From Eledone cirrhosa (taxonomy: Eukaryota), in the NCBI GenBank assembly GCA_964016885.1, contig OZ024742.1, forward strand, positions 121,396,001 to 121,460,000: a stretch of DNA of 64,000 bases, in the 5' to 3' direction. Of this stretch, positions 1-13,020 are shown one piece after another. Each line of letters begins with the position of its first letter. Positions within the stretch are counted from its first letter, which is position 1. The position numbers and the translations under genes are program-made. Below the pieces are notes generated by a model, which was given only the letters and a program-made list of their open reading frames with translations, did no database searches and was not told the origin of the DNA.

Positions 1-92
1 CCGGCCCTCTGCTGGTCGAAGCCTTAACAATTATATACTCGTTACCTGGATCTACCTGGATCCTCCGACACTAACAAACCCGCCAATCCATT

Positions 93-188
93 GGTTGACT
101 TTGCCTTTCATCCTTACGGGGTCGATAAAATAAAGTACCAGTAATGCACTGGGTAATTGCTGGCCTTGTGCCTAAAGTAGAAACAATT
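93..188 (+). mobile_element. SINE family 1, 5'-truncated copy
   Basis: Matches the 3' half of the full copy at 4640-4860 (actttgcctttcatccttacggggtcgataaaataaagtaccag...gccttgtgcctaaagtagaaacaatt). Confidence 0.85.
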
Positions 189-340
189 TTTGTTTATCAA
201 CGCTGAAAAGAGGAAAAGAAAACTGAACCCAGCGAGGTTTGTACCCAGAGTGTATTAAGCTATTACGAATACTGCAATACGTTCTACCCGATATGACAAC
301 GTTTCTGCCTATTCGCTGTCTTTATTACTGGAAGGTATTA

Positions 341-525
341 ATAATTTCTTCTTTACGGACACAGCCAGTAATTTGTGGGAGGGGGAAAATCAATTAAATC
401 GACTCCATTACTTACCTTGTACTTTATTTTATCAACCCCTAAAGGATAGAGTTGACCTTGGTAATGTTTGAACTCAGAACGTAAAGAACCGGAACAAGAC
501 TCCGACGCTCTACCGATTTTGCCTT
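341..525 (-). mobile_element. SINE family 1, diverged copy
   Basis: Reverse complement of the SINE core (actttattttatcaacccc...ttgaactcagaac...ctctaccgattttgcc). Confidence 0.7.
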
Positions 526-1375
526 TACTAGTATGTATTAACACTACTTATTTTATTCCCGGTAAAATCCGTCCCGTCGAGATTTGAACCACAAAAACAA
601 AGATGGTGCAACTAAATCTGCAAGAGTTTGTTCAAGGTTTAACCGTTCTTCACTTCCACTCCACACTGCCCTTATTAATCACAAAATATTAATCAGAATT
701 AAAAAAAATACACTTTAATACATTAATGGCATCCTAGCCGGATCAATGTATTTTCATTGAGGATATATTGGGGAATTATTTGTGAAGATCAACGTCAAGA
801 GTTGAATTTCAATTGTTCAGATTGGTTTTATTGCAGTAGCAATGCTAAAGAAATTCGGTTAACTTAATAATGTGAACTTTAAGCTTCCCTCTTAAGTCTC
901 TTAACGTTCTTAGAATCTAGCGAGATACATTTGTCAATTATAGTAATTGTTAGAGAGGCTAGAATTTACAGTGTTCAAATAACTATTGGTAAATGCAGAT
1001 TAAAATATAAATAAAACAAGTAATTCTTATAAGCTATCTGGTCATTGGAGAATAGCTTGGAAACTTAATTTTCAAATATAATCTATAGCAGAACCTAGAA
1101 TAAATTGTGACCGAGTCAACAGGGCATTGGTTAATGAAGTGAACAGTCTGCAGGTTATACTTTATCAACGACGTCGTGTGGTGTCAAAGGTCATAACATT
1201 TAGATCCCCAACGGCTTTGTCTCTGTGGCTATAACAGGAATGTAAGTTTTGATGAGTGCTTTGTTGGCTTATAATACTGGTTGGCTTATATTTAATTTTC
1301 CCGATAGGCGTGGGAAGAGGAACAGCTATACTGTTTAAAAGTGTAAACCATTCACGTTTACATAATACTATTACA

Positions 1376-1570
1376 GGGTGGTGGATTGGCAGTATTGGTA
1401 GAGCGTCAGACACCATGCTTTGCAGCATAGAGTTATGGGCCTTTATGTTCTGAATTCAAATCTCGCCGAGGTTAACTTTGCCTTTCGCCCTTACGGGGTC
1501 GATAAAATAAAGCACCAGTAATTCACTGGGGTAATTACTGGCCTTGTGGCAAAAGTAGAAACAATTATTA
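1376..1570 (+). mobile_element. SINE family 1, full-length tRNA-derived SINE
   Basis: A-box-like tggcagtattgg, B-box-like gaattcaaatc, conserved central domain, tail ccttgtggcaaaagtagaaacaattatta. Confidence 0.9.
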
Positions 1571-1604
1571 CCTATATGGACCAAGTAGCTCAGATATGTA
1601 TAGA

Positions 1605-1925
1605 CGACGAATTGGCAGAGGTGTTAGAACGTCGAATAGAATGCTTTGCAGTATTCGTTTCAGGCTCTCTGCAATCTGAGTTCAAATACAGTCGAGGTCA
1701 ACTTTGTCGTTCATCCATTCGAGGTCGATAAAGTACTGGAGTCAATTCTTCCTCTATATTTCTTTTTCACTTTCTTTCTTTCACTCACTATCTTTCTCTG
1801 GAGGAAATCTGCTGTATTCAGATCTGGAGAGGAGATGGGCTTTGCTAGGTTTTAAAAAATGCTCTAGGAATGTTGTATTTCAATATGGCGCCCCACGACA
1901 CCCACAGAAATTACGGGACCATGAA
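1605..1925 (+). mobile_element. SINE family 2 (related tRNA head and core, different 3' body)
   Basis: Head tggcagaggtgttag...gagttcaaatac, core gaggtcaactttg, then a body (ttcttcctctatat...aaatctgctgtattcagatctggaga) shared with 8264-8600. Confidence 0.65.
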
Positions 1926-2461
1926 GGCACGCATCTCAGATATGTACAAAACTCAGGATATGAACCTCAGACACTCCAGCTAACAGTTTGTCCCTTTACA
2001 CAAGTCCACAAAAATAGTTTGTTGCCAACAGGTACATTATTTTATCGACGCCAACATCGGAATAATGAAAAGGAAAGTTGATCTTGATGGGATTTGTACT
2101 CAGAACATAAAGGAGAATAACTAAGGATCCCAAAACATTTTGTCCGACTCACTATTGATTCTGGAACTCCCTAATCAAGTACAACATTGTTGTAAATTCA
2201 GTGGCTATATTTGTTGTGTTGTGTGACGGAGTGCTATGGAGAAGATAATTTTCTGTTACTATCTTTCAAATGTCTCATAGCAAGAGGACACTTTAATCTA
2301 TCTAATTCAATACCACACAGCCTAAACTTCAGATCCTAATAGTGCTGCCATCAAATTTTATTTTTCTTAAGGGTGCAAGTATCTGTAGAATACTCAAACA
2401 CTTACCACCGGTTTATGCGTTATGTTCTTGAGGAAGACACTTTATTTCATGTTGTTCTTTC

Positions 2462-3130
2462 TAGGCAGTTGGACGAGTTCATCAAAATAGGATATTTACA
2501 TTAGAATTTCCGAAGTCTGGTCTGCAATGAACGCAATGGAAAGGATAAGGAAGTCAAATCTACCCAGAAAAAAAAAATCATTCTTCAGAACATCTGTTGA
2601 GTCATTATTGTTGGCTGGATCACGTACATTGACCCTGACAGAAGCACTTGAGAAGAAACTCGATGGTGCATAAACTATAATGCTTAGGGTTGTACAAAAC
2701 ATAAACTGGCCTTACGTATTACAAATGAAAGTTTATACGGAAACTTTCTCAGATAACTACAATTGCTCAGAGACGATTACAATTTGCAGGACATTGCTGG
2801 AGAAATAAGTAGGAAGATGGGGAGAGCGAGAGTAACGGAGGCAGTGACAGTGGGAGTTTGGTTCCATTGTGTTCGGATTTGGTGTATATGTATATATTTA
2901 TTTACACACCACATTAACTGTAATAGGCATTCACCTCTGAATATTTTATATCCTCTAAACGCCATGTAAGAGAAGTGAATATTGTGGGAACCAACACACG
3001 AGAAAAGCAGTAGAGGAAGACCTGCTAGAACATTCATCAATCAACTCTCAGACGATACAAACTTTAGTAGGGAGCAGTTGCCAGAAGCAATGTAAAATCC
3101 TGAACTGTGAAGAGACTTTGCAAGAATGTT
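2462..3130 (+). pseudogene. decayed RTE-like LINE 3' fragment, interrupted at about 2810-2968
   Basis: Conceptual translation gives FRTSVESLLLAGS..LTEALEKKLDG, RRLQFAGHCWR and LWEPTH..RGRPARTFINQL, typical of the RTE C-terminal region; contains stops and frameshifts. Confidence 0.7.
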
Positions 3131-4432
3131 CGACTGTGGTTGCAGTTCAAATCCAGTCGTGGTAAAATGTTTTGTCTTTTACTTACCCCCTGAAATTGTT
3201 AAATGATATACCAGTGATTTTCGGAGGGTTATTTATCCTTCCTCTACAAATGAGTGACGTTCTCAATGTAAGAAATCAATAATCATCTAACAGTGACCAC
3301 CGCAAAACATTCATTCGAACCTCACAACAAAAGCAAGTACAGCAACTATTTACTACACTATAATAAATATTTACTTCAAAATGTCACCCCCACAACGTAC
3401 ACGAATTATGTCCTACCTCCACACACTCACAATCTATTTAAAAAGAAGAGCCTTGTTATAAAGTTTCACGAGATAAAACATTTATTAAAAGGAGAGTTAA
3501 GTGATGAGGGTTAAAATGTTTTGCTGGCAATAAAAGCAAACAGGGAAAATACTAAATAACTTTAAAGTACTAATATAAACAACATTTTTCTTATCTTTAA
3601 CAAATATAAATGAAATTTCGAGTGTAATAAATCAACTAAAATTTAAATAATTCAGTTTATTTAAACAGTATTCCATTATGTATAATTATGTTCTGCTGAG
3701 AATTCTTCACTTCAAACCTAATAAATATATTGTAATTAATCTACGGTCGTAAAACAGGAAACTTCCTTAAATTACAACAATTTGCTAAAATAACGTTACG
3801 TACCGTAACGTATTTATTTTTTCCTGTTTAGTCATGGTGAGAATGGATTAGCGTTTTGTCCAGAGGGGATGGGGTCTTGTACTCTCAGTCGATTAACGCC
3901 ACAATAATTGGGATAAACCGGCCTGATGACAAGGAGAGAATGACTGTACAAATGACCCTTTCACTAAAGGTATCCAAGGAACAGGTAGTGGTGGTAAACC
4001 GAGCAACCCATTAAGTCCTACCTAAGTAAACCACAGTGTGATTTAAAATAAAAACAGAAAGAGCTGGAAGAAATATGGAGGGGAGTCTCGTTTGGCGCTC
4101 TAACAATTTTACCAATCTACAGCCCTGGTATTGTACTTTATTTCATCGATCTCGAAAGTATGAAAAGGAAAACCGATCTCTACCGGACTTGAACACAGAG
4201 CGCTGATTACCGGAACAAATACTGCTAGACACTTTGTCCACAGCTCTAACGATTCATCCACTTCACGTCCTGGTGAGTTTGGTTAATTCCGAAGAACGTG
4301 ACTTTGTGTGTTGCATCTGGAGCAAATCTTCTTCATGAAATTCGGACATGTCCAAAACATACACCCATTATGGAACATGAGAATAACATTGAAAAATATG
4401 GAAACAGCAGTCCTTATATTAATGTTCTCATC

Positions 4433-4860
4433 TGGTGGTGTATTGGCAGTATCGGTAGAGGGTCGGACGCCATGCTTTCCAGCATAGAGTTACGTCCCTT
4501 TGCGGCCTGAGTTCAAATCCCGCCAAGGTTAACTTTGCCTTTCATCCTTACGTGGTCGATAACATAAAGTACCAGTAATGCGCTGGGATAATTGCTGGCC
4601 TTGTGCCAAAAGTAGAAACAATTATATTAATGCTATCAAGGGCGGTGGACTGGCAGTATCGGTAGAGGGTCGGACGCCATGCTTTGCAGCATAGAGTTAC
4701 GATCCTTTGTGATCTGAGTTCAAATTCCGCCGAGGTTAACTTTGCCTTTCATTCTTACGGGGTCGATAAAATAAAGTACCAGTCACGCACTGGGTTCGAT
4801 TTAATCGACTTTCCCCTCCCCCTTAATTGCTGGCCTTGTGCCTATATAAGAAACAATTAT
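4433..4860 (+). mobile_element. two tandem SINE family 1 copies (4433-4624, 4640-4860)
   Basis: Each has A box tggcagtatcgg, B box gagttcaaatcc/gagttcaaattcc, core and tail; a degenerate TSD ttatatta(a/g)tg(c/t)t occurs at about 4414, 4622 and 4857. Confidence 0.92.
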
Positions 4861-6205
4861 ATTAGTGCTTTCACATGGTGAGTCGTTACGTCTTGCCAAT
4901 ATGCTGATGTTGTTGTTATTGCAGTTGTTTCAGTCACTAATCAACCTTGATCGGGAATACCTTGAATCACAACTGCCCCAGTCATGGAAATCCCGTTTGT
5001 GTATGTTAGAGACTACATTGATCAATTTCTACAGTAATACGTTATACCCCCTTATATATGTACTTGAACTAAGTGGCCCTGTCCGCAACCACGTAAGCAC
5101 GGAATATCAACAGCAAGACATGAACGACCGACGCTCTGGTTTGTGGTTCAGTATCATTTCGACACGGCCATACGCGCTTTTATTTCTGGTAGTAACATCT
5201 ATCACCAGGTTTTCTTTAATTATAGTTAAATGGAAATGGAAAGGTGATTTAAATGCCAATATAAGACAGTGCAAGTGAGAGGCATCACAGTAAATACTGA
5301 ATACTTAAAATCCTAGTGAAAATGCTCCCGGTTAAGGAAGGTCTGATAAATAACCCTAAAGGTTTTATATGAGATAAAGAAGTATGCGTGGTTCAAAGTT
5401 CAAAATTTTCCACTCATGTCTTTCCTGTAATCTTTGAAATATATGTCTATAGCAGATGCTATGAACTTTTCTTTACAACGTTTACAATATTCAATTCGCG
5501 AGTGAAAATTCCTAAAGAACATATTCTGTTTTGGTATTGACTTCTGAATTAAAGGTAGAAACGGCCGAAATTCGAACAATAGCGATATAGATATAGTCGT
5601 GGAATCGTTCTAAATAAAAGGTCTTGTTTTCCTACAGTTTCTTTTATGAAATTTTATAGAGAAGATCCGCCCTTTTGTATTCGAGATTAAACTTTACATT
5701 TTCTTCACTTGAAATCAACAATTCAGTTTTTCAGCGAATAAATCTGCTTACAACAGTAAAATGCTAATTGTATCAGTTTCGTTGTTTGGAGAAATGTTAT
5801 TCAATGCTTTTGTTGTCTATGTTTCAATAGAGCAGATATACAATTATGAAATGAAGAAGTCAAGCAATTGTAACGGCTTAATAATAGATAAGACATGAAT
5901 TTAAATAAGTCGTATATGCAGTGTTTGACTGAATGATGTACACGAACATTCTTATTGAAGTGAAATTTGCCTCTTAGTTGAAAAAAGAAAACCAAACCCA
6001 AGTAATAATTGTTAGCAGCTCTCAAAGAAAAGGAGGAGAGAATTTCCAGAAATTTATAATTGAATTTTCAAGCTTAAGGGAACAATTCGATTTTTGTTAG
6101 CAGGTAAAGTAACAACCAATACCTTGATAAGTTTAACTAGATTTCATAAGTAAAACATAGTCTTCTGATGCCCCCTTTGATTAGTGGGCACCGACCTTTA
6201 ATAAT

Positions 6206-6432
6206 GGTTTCTTATATAGGCACAAGGCCAGCAATTTTTGGGGAGGGGAAAGTCGATTAAATCGACCCCAGTGCGTGACTGGTAATTTATTTTAACTTTG
6301 CCTTTCATCCCCGTAGGGATGAAAGGCAAAGTTAACCTCGGCGGGATTTGAACTCAGATCATAAAGGATCGTAACTCTATGCTGCAAAGTATGGCGTCCG
6401 ACCCTCTACCGATACTGCCAAACCACCACCCT
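6206..6432 (-). mobile_element. SINE family 1, full-length with TSD
   Basis: Flanked by accgacctttaataat (6190-6205) and accgacttttaataat (6434-6449). Confidence 0.92.
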
Positions 6433-7320
6433 TACCGACTTTTAATAATAGAAAGTCTATCGCTCCAGCTCTATTCACTTTTAATTATTTCATAAATATT
6501 ATATAATTTAACTTAAATGTTTTAGGATCAAATTAAAAAAAGAGTTTAAACATTTTTGACCTGTGTAATTTGAAAAATTACAAAAAAGTGACTAAGAAAA
6601 ATAGCCCAAATGAGTCAATGATAAATTGTGTTATTGAGTGTAATGTATCACGGGCTACATAATAAGCCATTGACAGACCCGTCAACTCTCCCCGTCCGAT
6701 GGGGAGATCTCCCACCCACTTCTCTTGTGAAAATGGGTATAGCTTTCATTATGTAAAATCTCCCCACTTCTCCCCGTTTTGGGGTACTTTTTTTCATGGT
6801 AATCTCCGTTTGGGCTTTTAGATGTTGACAGGTCTGCATTGATACTGTATGAACTGCAAAGACTCTTCCGCCTTGAGCTGCAAAATTAAAGGTCATTTCC
6901 AGGCAAACCAAAAACCACGCGATTCTATTTCATGTGACTCCCACAATTAATAAAATTGAAAAGAGATATGTACCACACGATATTCCTTCCCTCTGTCTTC
7001 CTGTCTGTTAAGCTAAAAAATGATAAAAACAAAAGAAAGGGTAACGAATATTCGTCGTATTACTCCGTCAGAATGTAATTCTGAGTCAGACAGCCGAAAA
7101 ACAAACCAATATTTAGCGTATTACTCTGTCAAGGTGTAATTGATTCAGTCACACAGCTCTGCTTGAATTAGTAATATGACGAAAAGATAATTTCAGACAT
7201 AGCTTTACTTGAAAACGTATAGTGTTAGATGTTGGGAAAGAATACAAAATAGACGACCATCTGAACAACATACAATTTGTCCGCTCTTCTCTAATGTCGC
7301 CTACTCATTGCTACATGAAT

Positions 7321-7362
7321 ACACACACACACATATATAAATATATATATATATACACACAC

Positions 7363-7457
<95 letters not shown>

Positions 7458-7500
7458 CACACACACATGCATACATACATGCATAGATTCATATATACAT
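7321..7500. repeat. (CA)n/(TA)n compound microsatellite
   Basis: Directly visible. Confidence 0.97.
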
Positions 7501-7805
7501 ACGTATCTATATTAGAGTGAGTCTGTGTTGGTACAACGTTATATATTGCTGTCAAGATGAACGAAAGTTTGACAAATATCCGCTGGTCACGTGAATTTTG
7601 ATTAAAGTGTGGATATCAATGTCAGAATTTGCGAAATCTAGGGCAAAGATGATGTAGATTTTAGTAGGTCTGCCTTTCTATCTATCTAGTTATCTGTCTT
7701 TCTATGTTTGCCGTCTAAGGTTAACTGTCAAGCTGTTTCCAATCGTAGTATAAATAAAAGCCCCAAGAAAAGGAGAGCTCAGTGCACATACTGGACCAAA
7801 ATAAT

Positions 7806-8189
7806 TGTTTCTACTTTTTGGCACAAGGCCAGCAATTACCCAGTGCATTACTGGTACTTTATTTTATCGACTCCGTAAGGATGAAAGGCAAAGTTAACCT
7901 CGGCGGGATTCGAACTCAGAATTGCAAGGGCCGTAACTCTATGTGTCAAAGCATAACGTCCGACCCTCTACCGATACTGCCAATTCACCGCCTGGACCAA
8001 AATAATTGTTTCTTCTTTTGGCACAAAGCCAGAAAATACCCAGTATATTACTGGTACTTTATTTTATCGACCCCGTAAGGATGAAAGGCAAAGTTAACCT
8101 CGGCGGGATTTGAACTCAGATCATAAAGGGACGTAACTGTGCTGCAAAGCATGGCGTCCGACCCTCTACCGATACTGCCAATCCACCGC
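7806..8189 (-). mobile_element. two tandem SINE family 1 copies (7806-7991, 8007-8189)
   Basis: The 15-mer ctggaccaaaataat occurs at 7791, 7992 and 8190, bracketing both copies. Confidence 0.93.
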
Positions 8190-8263
8190 CTGGACCAAAA
8201 TAATGTTTGGTAATAAGCGACCTAATTTAAATAATCTAATTTGAGGAGATTTACATATCACCA

Positions 8264-8600
8264 AAGGCGGCTGATTGGCAGAGTCGTTAGAACGTCGGGT
8301 AAAATGTTTTGTGGTATTCATTTTGTCTGTCTGCTCTCTGAGTTCAAATCCCACCGAGGTCAACTTTGCCTTTCATTCATTCGAGACGATAAAAGTACCA
8401 GTTTAGTACTGAGATCGATTCTTCCTCTATATCTCTTTTTCAATTCCATTGTCTCACTCTCTATCTTTCTTTGGAAGAAATCTGCTGTACTCAGATCTGG
8501 AGAGGAAATGAGCTCCGCCATGTTTTAAAATGTCCTAGAAACGCTGTATATCAATACGACGCCCAAACGACTCCATCGGTATTTAGAGACTATGCACTCA
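8264..8600 (+). mobile_element. SINE family 2 copy
   Basis: tggcagagtcgttag...ctgagttcaaatccc head plus a body homologous to 1740-1925. Confidence 0.7.
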
Positions 8601-8814
8601 TATCCCCAATGTATTTACTATCCAATGAGAGAGACTTTACATAATCGCCCGACCTGTTAGAATTAACTGTCATCTCTCCCTAAAATCACACATCACAGTC
8701 ATAAAACACTGGATAATATAATCCTAGATGTATTATACATAAAATATAAAATAATGTTAGTATCAATACTTACCATATAAAAAAGTTACAAAACGTGGGA
8801 ATATACATACATAT

Positions 8815-8903
<89 letters not shown>
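8815..8903. repeat. (CA)n microsatellite
   Basis: Directly visible. Confidence 0.97.
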
Positions 8904-8909
<6 letters not shown>

Positions 8910-10513
8910 CAGTGCCCCGCAAAAGTTTACAACACATTAGGAAAAATGCGGTTTTAGGTATTTTTAATAAAGTTAGGGTAATGAAAATGTAACTACTGAT
9001 AGAACATATAGTGAGGAATTTAATGATACAATCATATTTAAAAAAAAATAACAAGGAAATAACTCATGAAGAAAAATCAATATTTTTATAACGCAAAAGT
9101 TTACAACACATTTTATATTTATCGCCTTTTTTCAAGAAAATTCTTAAATTTTCAGATTTAAAATTCAGTAGAATGTTCTAGATTAGGTTTAAGGTAACTT
9201 CTAAGGACAATTAAAAACATTACGTCATTATTTGTCTGACAACCATCCTGTAAACATTGACAACCGTCCTGTAAACATTGACAATATGGGGAAAAATAAA
9301 CTGATTGATCAAGACCTCCGTAAATGCATTGTAGACCTTCATACAAATAGTGTTGGTTATAGAAAGATATCTTGTCAGTTAAATGTGCCATTGAGTTCAG
9401 TTGGTACAATAATTCGTCACTGGAAATCTCATCATTCCATCTGTCCTCTAATTAGTTCTGGTTGTCCTAGAAAGATAACGTAACGTGCAGCTCGGTTATT
9501 GACGAGAAAGGTTGGCAACGAACCCCGGTGTACTCTTAAAAATCTTCAGGATGACCTAGAAGAAAGTGGAGTAAAAGTGAGCACAGATACAATTAGTCGT
9601 TCACTACATCGATATGATATCTTCTCGAGGTCTCCAAGGAAAACACCACTTCTTACGAGGAAACACGTTCTTCGTCGATTAAACTTTGCAAATGAGCATC
9701 TCATCAAACCTGCGTCATTTTGGGAAGATGTACTTTGGTCAGACGAAACAAAAATTGAACTTTTTGGTCGAAATGCTGTGGCAAAAGTTTGGAGAAAGAA
9801 AGGTACTGAATATTCGCTGAAGAATACTATTCCAACTGTAAAATTTGGAGGTGGATCAGTCATGGTCTGGGGTTGCTTTAGTGCCACAGGTGTAGGAAAT
9901 ATTGAAATAATAGAAGGAAGAATGGATGGCGCTTATGATAGAGGTATTTTGCAAAGGAATTTACATCAAAGTGCACATTCTCTCAGCCTAAAGCCAGTTT
10001 GGTTTTTTCAACAAGACAACGATCCAAAGCATACTGCAAAGCTAACACAATCTTGGTTAAGTACGAATGGAACAAATGTTCTAAAATGGCCATGTCAGTC
10101 TCCAGATCTTAACCCGATCAAAAATTTGTGGAGAGAACTGAAACTCAGAATTCAAAAAAGGAAACCCCAAAATATCCCTGAACTAAAGAAAATTTGTTGT
10201 GAAGAATGGAAAAATATTAGCCAAGAAGTTTGTAGGAGGCTACTCCAAATGCCTACAGGCTGTAATTAGCAACAAAGGTTACGCTACAAAATATTAAGAG
10301 ATGATTTAATAAATGTGTTGTAAACTTTTGCGTTATAAAAATATTGTTTTTCTTCATGAGTTATTTCCTTGTTATTTTTAAAAAAATATAATTGTATCAT
10401 TAAATGCCTCATTATATGTTTTATCAGTAGTTAAATTTTCATTACCCTAACTTTATTAAAAATACCTAAAACCGCATTTTTCCTAATGTGTTGTAAACTT
10501 TTGCGGGGCACTG
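8910..10513 (+). mobile_element. full-length Tc1-family DNA transposon, IR/DR type, TA TSD
   Basis: TA|cagtgccccgcaaaagtttacaacacatt ... aatgtgttgtaaacttttgcggggcactg|TA; about 200-bp TIRs, each with an outer and inner copy of gcaaaagtttacaacacatt. Confidence 0.96.
9286..10296 (+). pseudogene. inactivated Tc1 DD34E transposase
   Basis: MGKNK... HTH N-terminus, WSDETK, FQQDNDPKH, SPDLNPIKNLW (E to K at the catalytic Glu). In-frame TAA at 9481-9483; frameshift near 10245 before LQAVISNKGYATKY*. Confidence 0.93.
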
Positions 10514-10647
10514 TATAATATATACCTGCATTTGAGTGTGTATGTGTATGTATGTGCAAAACATAATTGTTTCTACTTTAGGCACAAAACAATGTAATAT
10601 AATAAGACAGGTTAAATGTTTCTGTACACAAAACAAATATAAATAAT

Positions 10648-10945
10648 TGTTTCTACATTTGGCACAAGGCCAGCAATTATCCAGTACATTACTGGTACTT
10701 TATTTTATCGACTCCGTAAGGATGAAAGGCAAAGTTAACCACGGCGGGATTTGAACTCAGATCGTAAAGGGACGTAACTATGCTGGAAAGCATGGCGTCC
10801 GACTCTCTACCTATATTGCCAATCCACTGCAAACAAATATAAATAATTGTTTCTACTTTTGGCACAAGGCCAGCAATTGCCCAGTGTATTACTGCTACTT
10901 TATTTTATCGACCCCGTAAGGATGAAAGGCAAAGTTAACCTCGGC
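10648..10945 (-). mobile_element. tandem SINE family 1 copies (full 10648-10830; 5'-truncated 10848-10945)
   Basis: The 17-mer aaacaaatataaataat occurs at 10631, 10831 and 10946. Confidence 0.92.
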
Positions 10946-11213
10946 AAACAAATATAAATAATGCCCATCCGCCTCCATCAGGGTTTTGTCGCCACCTTGG
11001 TAGGATAACGGGACCCAATAAATCTGACTACTTTCTGCCATGATCATCTTATCATCTCTTTCAACTTGAGCCCCCAGAATTTTCCCGTGAGAATCTTCAA
11101 GTTTGAGTAAACCGTGATGTCACCGTTACCTTTTGGCGAGTAGTTCATTAACTGTATATAGAAATGTGGTATTGTTTTTACCAACATTCTGGCATTTCTG
11201 TGGTATATATAAT

Positions 11214-11400
11214 TGTTTCTACTTTTTGTCAGAAGGCCAGCAATCACCCAGTACATTACTGGTACTTTATTTTATCGACCCCGTAAGGATGAAAGGCAAA
11301 GTTAACCTTGGCGGGATTTGAACTCAGAATGGAAAGCGCCGTAACTCTGTGCGTCAAAGCATAGCGTCCGACACTCTACCGATACTGCCAATCCACCGCC
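11214..11400 (-). mobile_element. SINE family 1, full-length with 16-bp TSD
   Basis: ctgtggtatatataat at 11198-11213 and 11401-11416. Confidence 0.93.
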
Positions 11401-12759
11401 CTGTGGTATATATAATGTTTCTTATCTCCTACTCAATAAACACAGTATTCTCTTTGTTGTTCTTCACCTCATTCATCCTTTCTGTTTGGTTTTCACTGTT
11501 GATACGTATAACCACCAGACTAGTCCGCATGGTTAAGCCCTTCTCCAAGAAGCTTATTGTTTGACTTTTGTTTGGATTCATTCTTTCTTGCCTCATATTT
11601 CTTTTACCAGCCCCCCCCCGTCTCTATCACGACATGTACAATGGTCTCTGCTTCAATATATCATATATTTCTAGGTATATTTTCGCCACGTGCCTATCTT
11701 CTATTTATTCCCTATATTTCAAAGGTAATTTCTCTTCTCAATTAAAAACAAACCCCCTTTCCTTCTGAATCTCCGTTCGTTTATTTGGTTTAGAAGGAAT
11801 CTGTTTACACATGACTGAATGTTTTTCGTTATGTCTTCCTCTCCCACCCCCATTTATTCTCCATTATTTTTCCGGTCTCCAGTGTTTTCCCATTGTTATA
11901 AGACTGTTAAACTATTAATTGGAGAAGAGTGCTCTCCCGTTCGTCGTTCACTGGAACCGAGAATGAGATAAAAACCTTGGTCGTTTGTGGTGTCGGAGTT
12001 GGTGTTTTTTTTCAGTTTTCATCTTCTCCTTCTCGCCACATGACGATGAGAAGACGTTGTTAGTTCTCATAGTGAGTTAGTATATCTGATTATTGGTTTC
12101 TGGAACCGGGAATGAGATGGCTTCCTCCACTGTGTCCGGAACTGTGGTCCATGTTGCTCTGAAGACAGTGGTTCTCTGTTGTTGCTATCTCTGTTGCTGT
12201 TCACTAGATTCTTTTCGTTTTATCTTCTTTCGTTCTTCAGCGTAAAAGCCCTCAACGGCTTTTCCATCCACAAATGAAGCAACTAGTCATTTTTCACTCA
12301 CTATAACACAAAATCTCATACTTTTTACTTTTTGCGTCTACAATGGGGCGAAGCTTTAGTATCATTGTAGTTTCCGTGTGTCAGACCATTCCGGGTTGTA
12401 AGACCATTTTAATCCCTCATGACTCTATATAGCCATTTGTCGCCTCTGCACCGATAACATGAAATAAAATATGACAACAAGCAAATGGTTAACATTGTCA
12501 TTGATACCCCTAACCAACACCCTTATGTTTCTCTGTCCCAAATACTGGGATACAAGTGTATAGATGGGCATATGCCTCAATGTGCCTGATTTTAGGGCTG
12601 TGTATTTACTCGGTGTCGTATGTTCTGCTCAACCCAAAGGGGAATATTTCCTTCCACACATTTATCAGATTTTCTTCCATTTGATCATTTGGTGGATAGA
12701 AAAATCCCTCTGCATTTTTGCAAGAGATAGATAAATAGATAGGTAGATAGGTAGGTGTG

Positions 12760-13020
12760 TTAGGCTTACAATCATAATGTCGTGGGTTCGATTCATGGGC
12801 TGGGTTGCCTGTTGTGTTCTTGAAGAAAACACTTCATTCACGTTGCTCCAGTATAATCAGCTGAAAATGAGTACCAGCAATAGCTGGGGGTTTAACTCTG
12901 TGATGGACTGGCGTCCTGTCCAGGGTAAAGTCGTGTATTCTCAGTCGCTTCACGCAATGGAACTGGGATAAGCTCCGGCCTAATGAGCCTTCTGGCTTAA
13001 GACAGACTTTAGACTTAGAC
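12760..13020 (+). mobile_element. SINE family 3 (tRNA-derived, Nin/V-domain-like body)
   Basis: B box gggttcgattc; cagctgaaaatgagtacc; gatggactggcgtcctgtccaggg; gggataagctccggcctaatgagcc; short-repeat tail (agactt). The superfamily call is from recalled resemblance only. Confidence 0.7.

Noticed and set aside
1376-1470. tRNA genes at SINE heads
   Set aside because: A and B boxes are present but no cloverleaf or anticodon arm, and each continues into SINE body sequence.
11420-12450. Pyrimidine-rich stretch resembling a decayed LINE ORF1 on the minus strand
   Set aside because: Only compositional similarity; no recognisable motif could be read.
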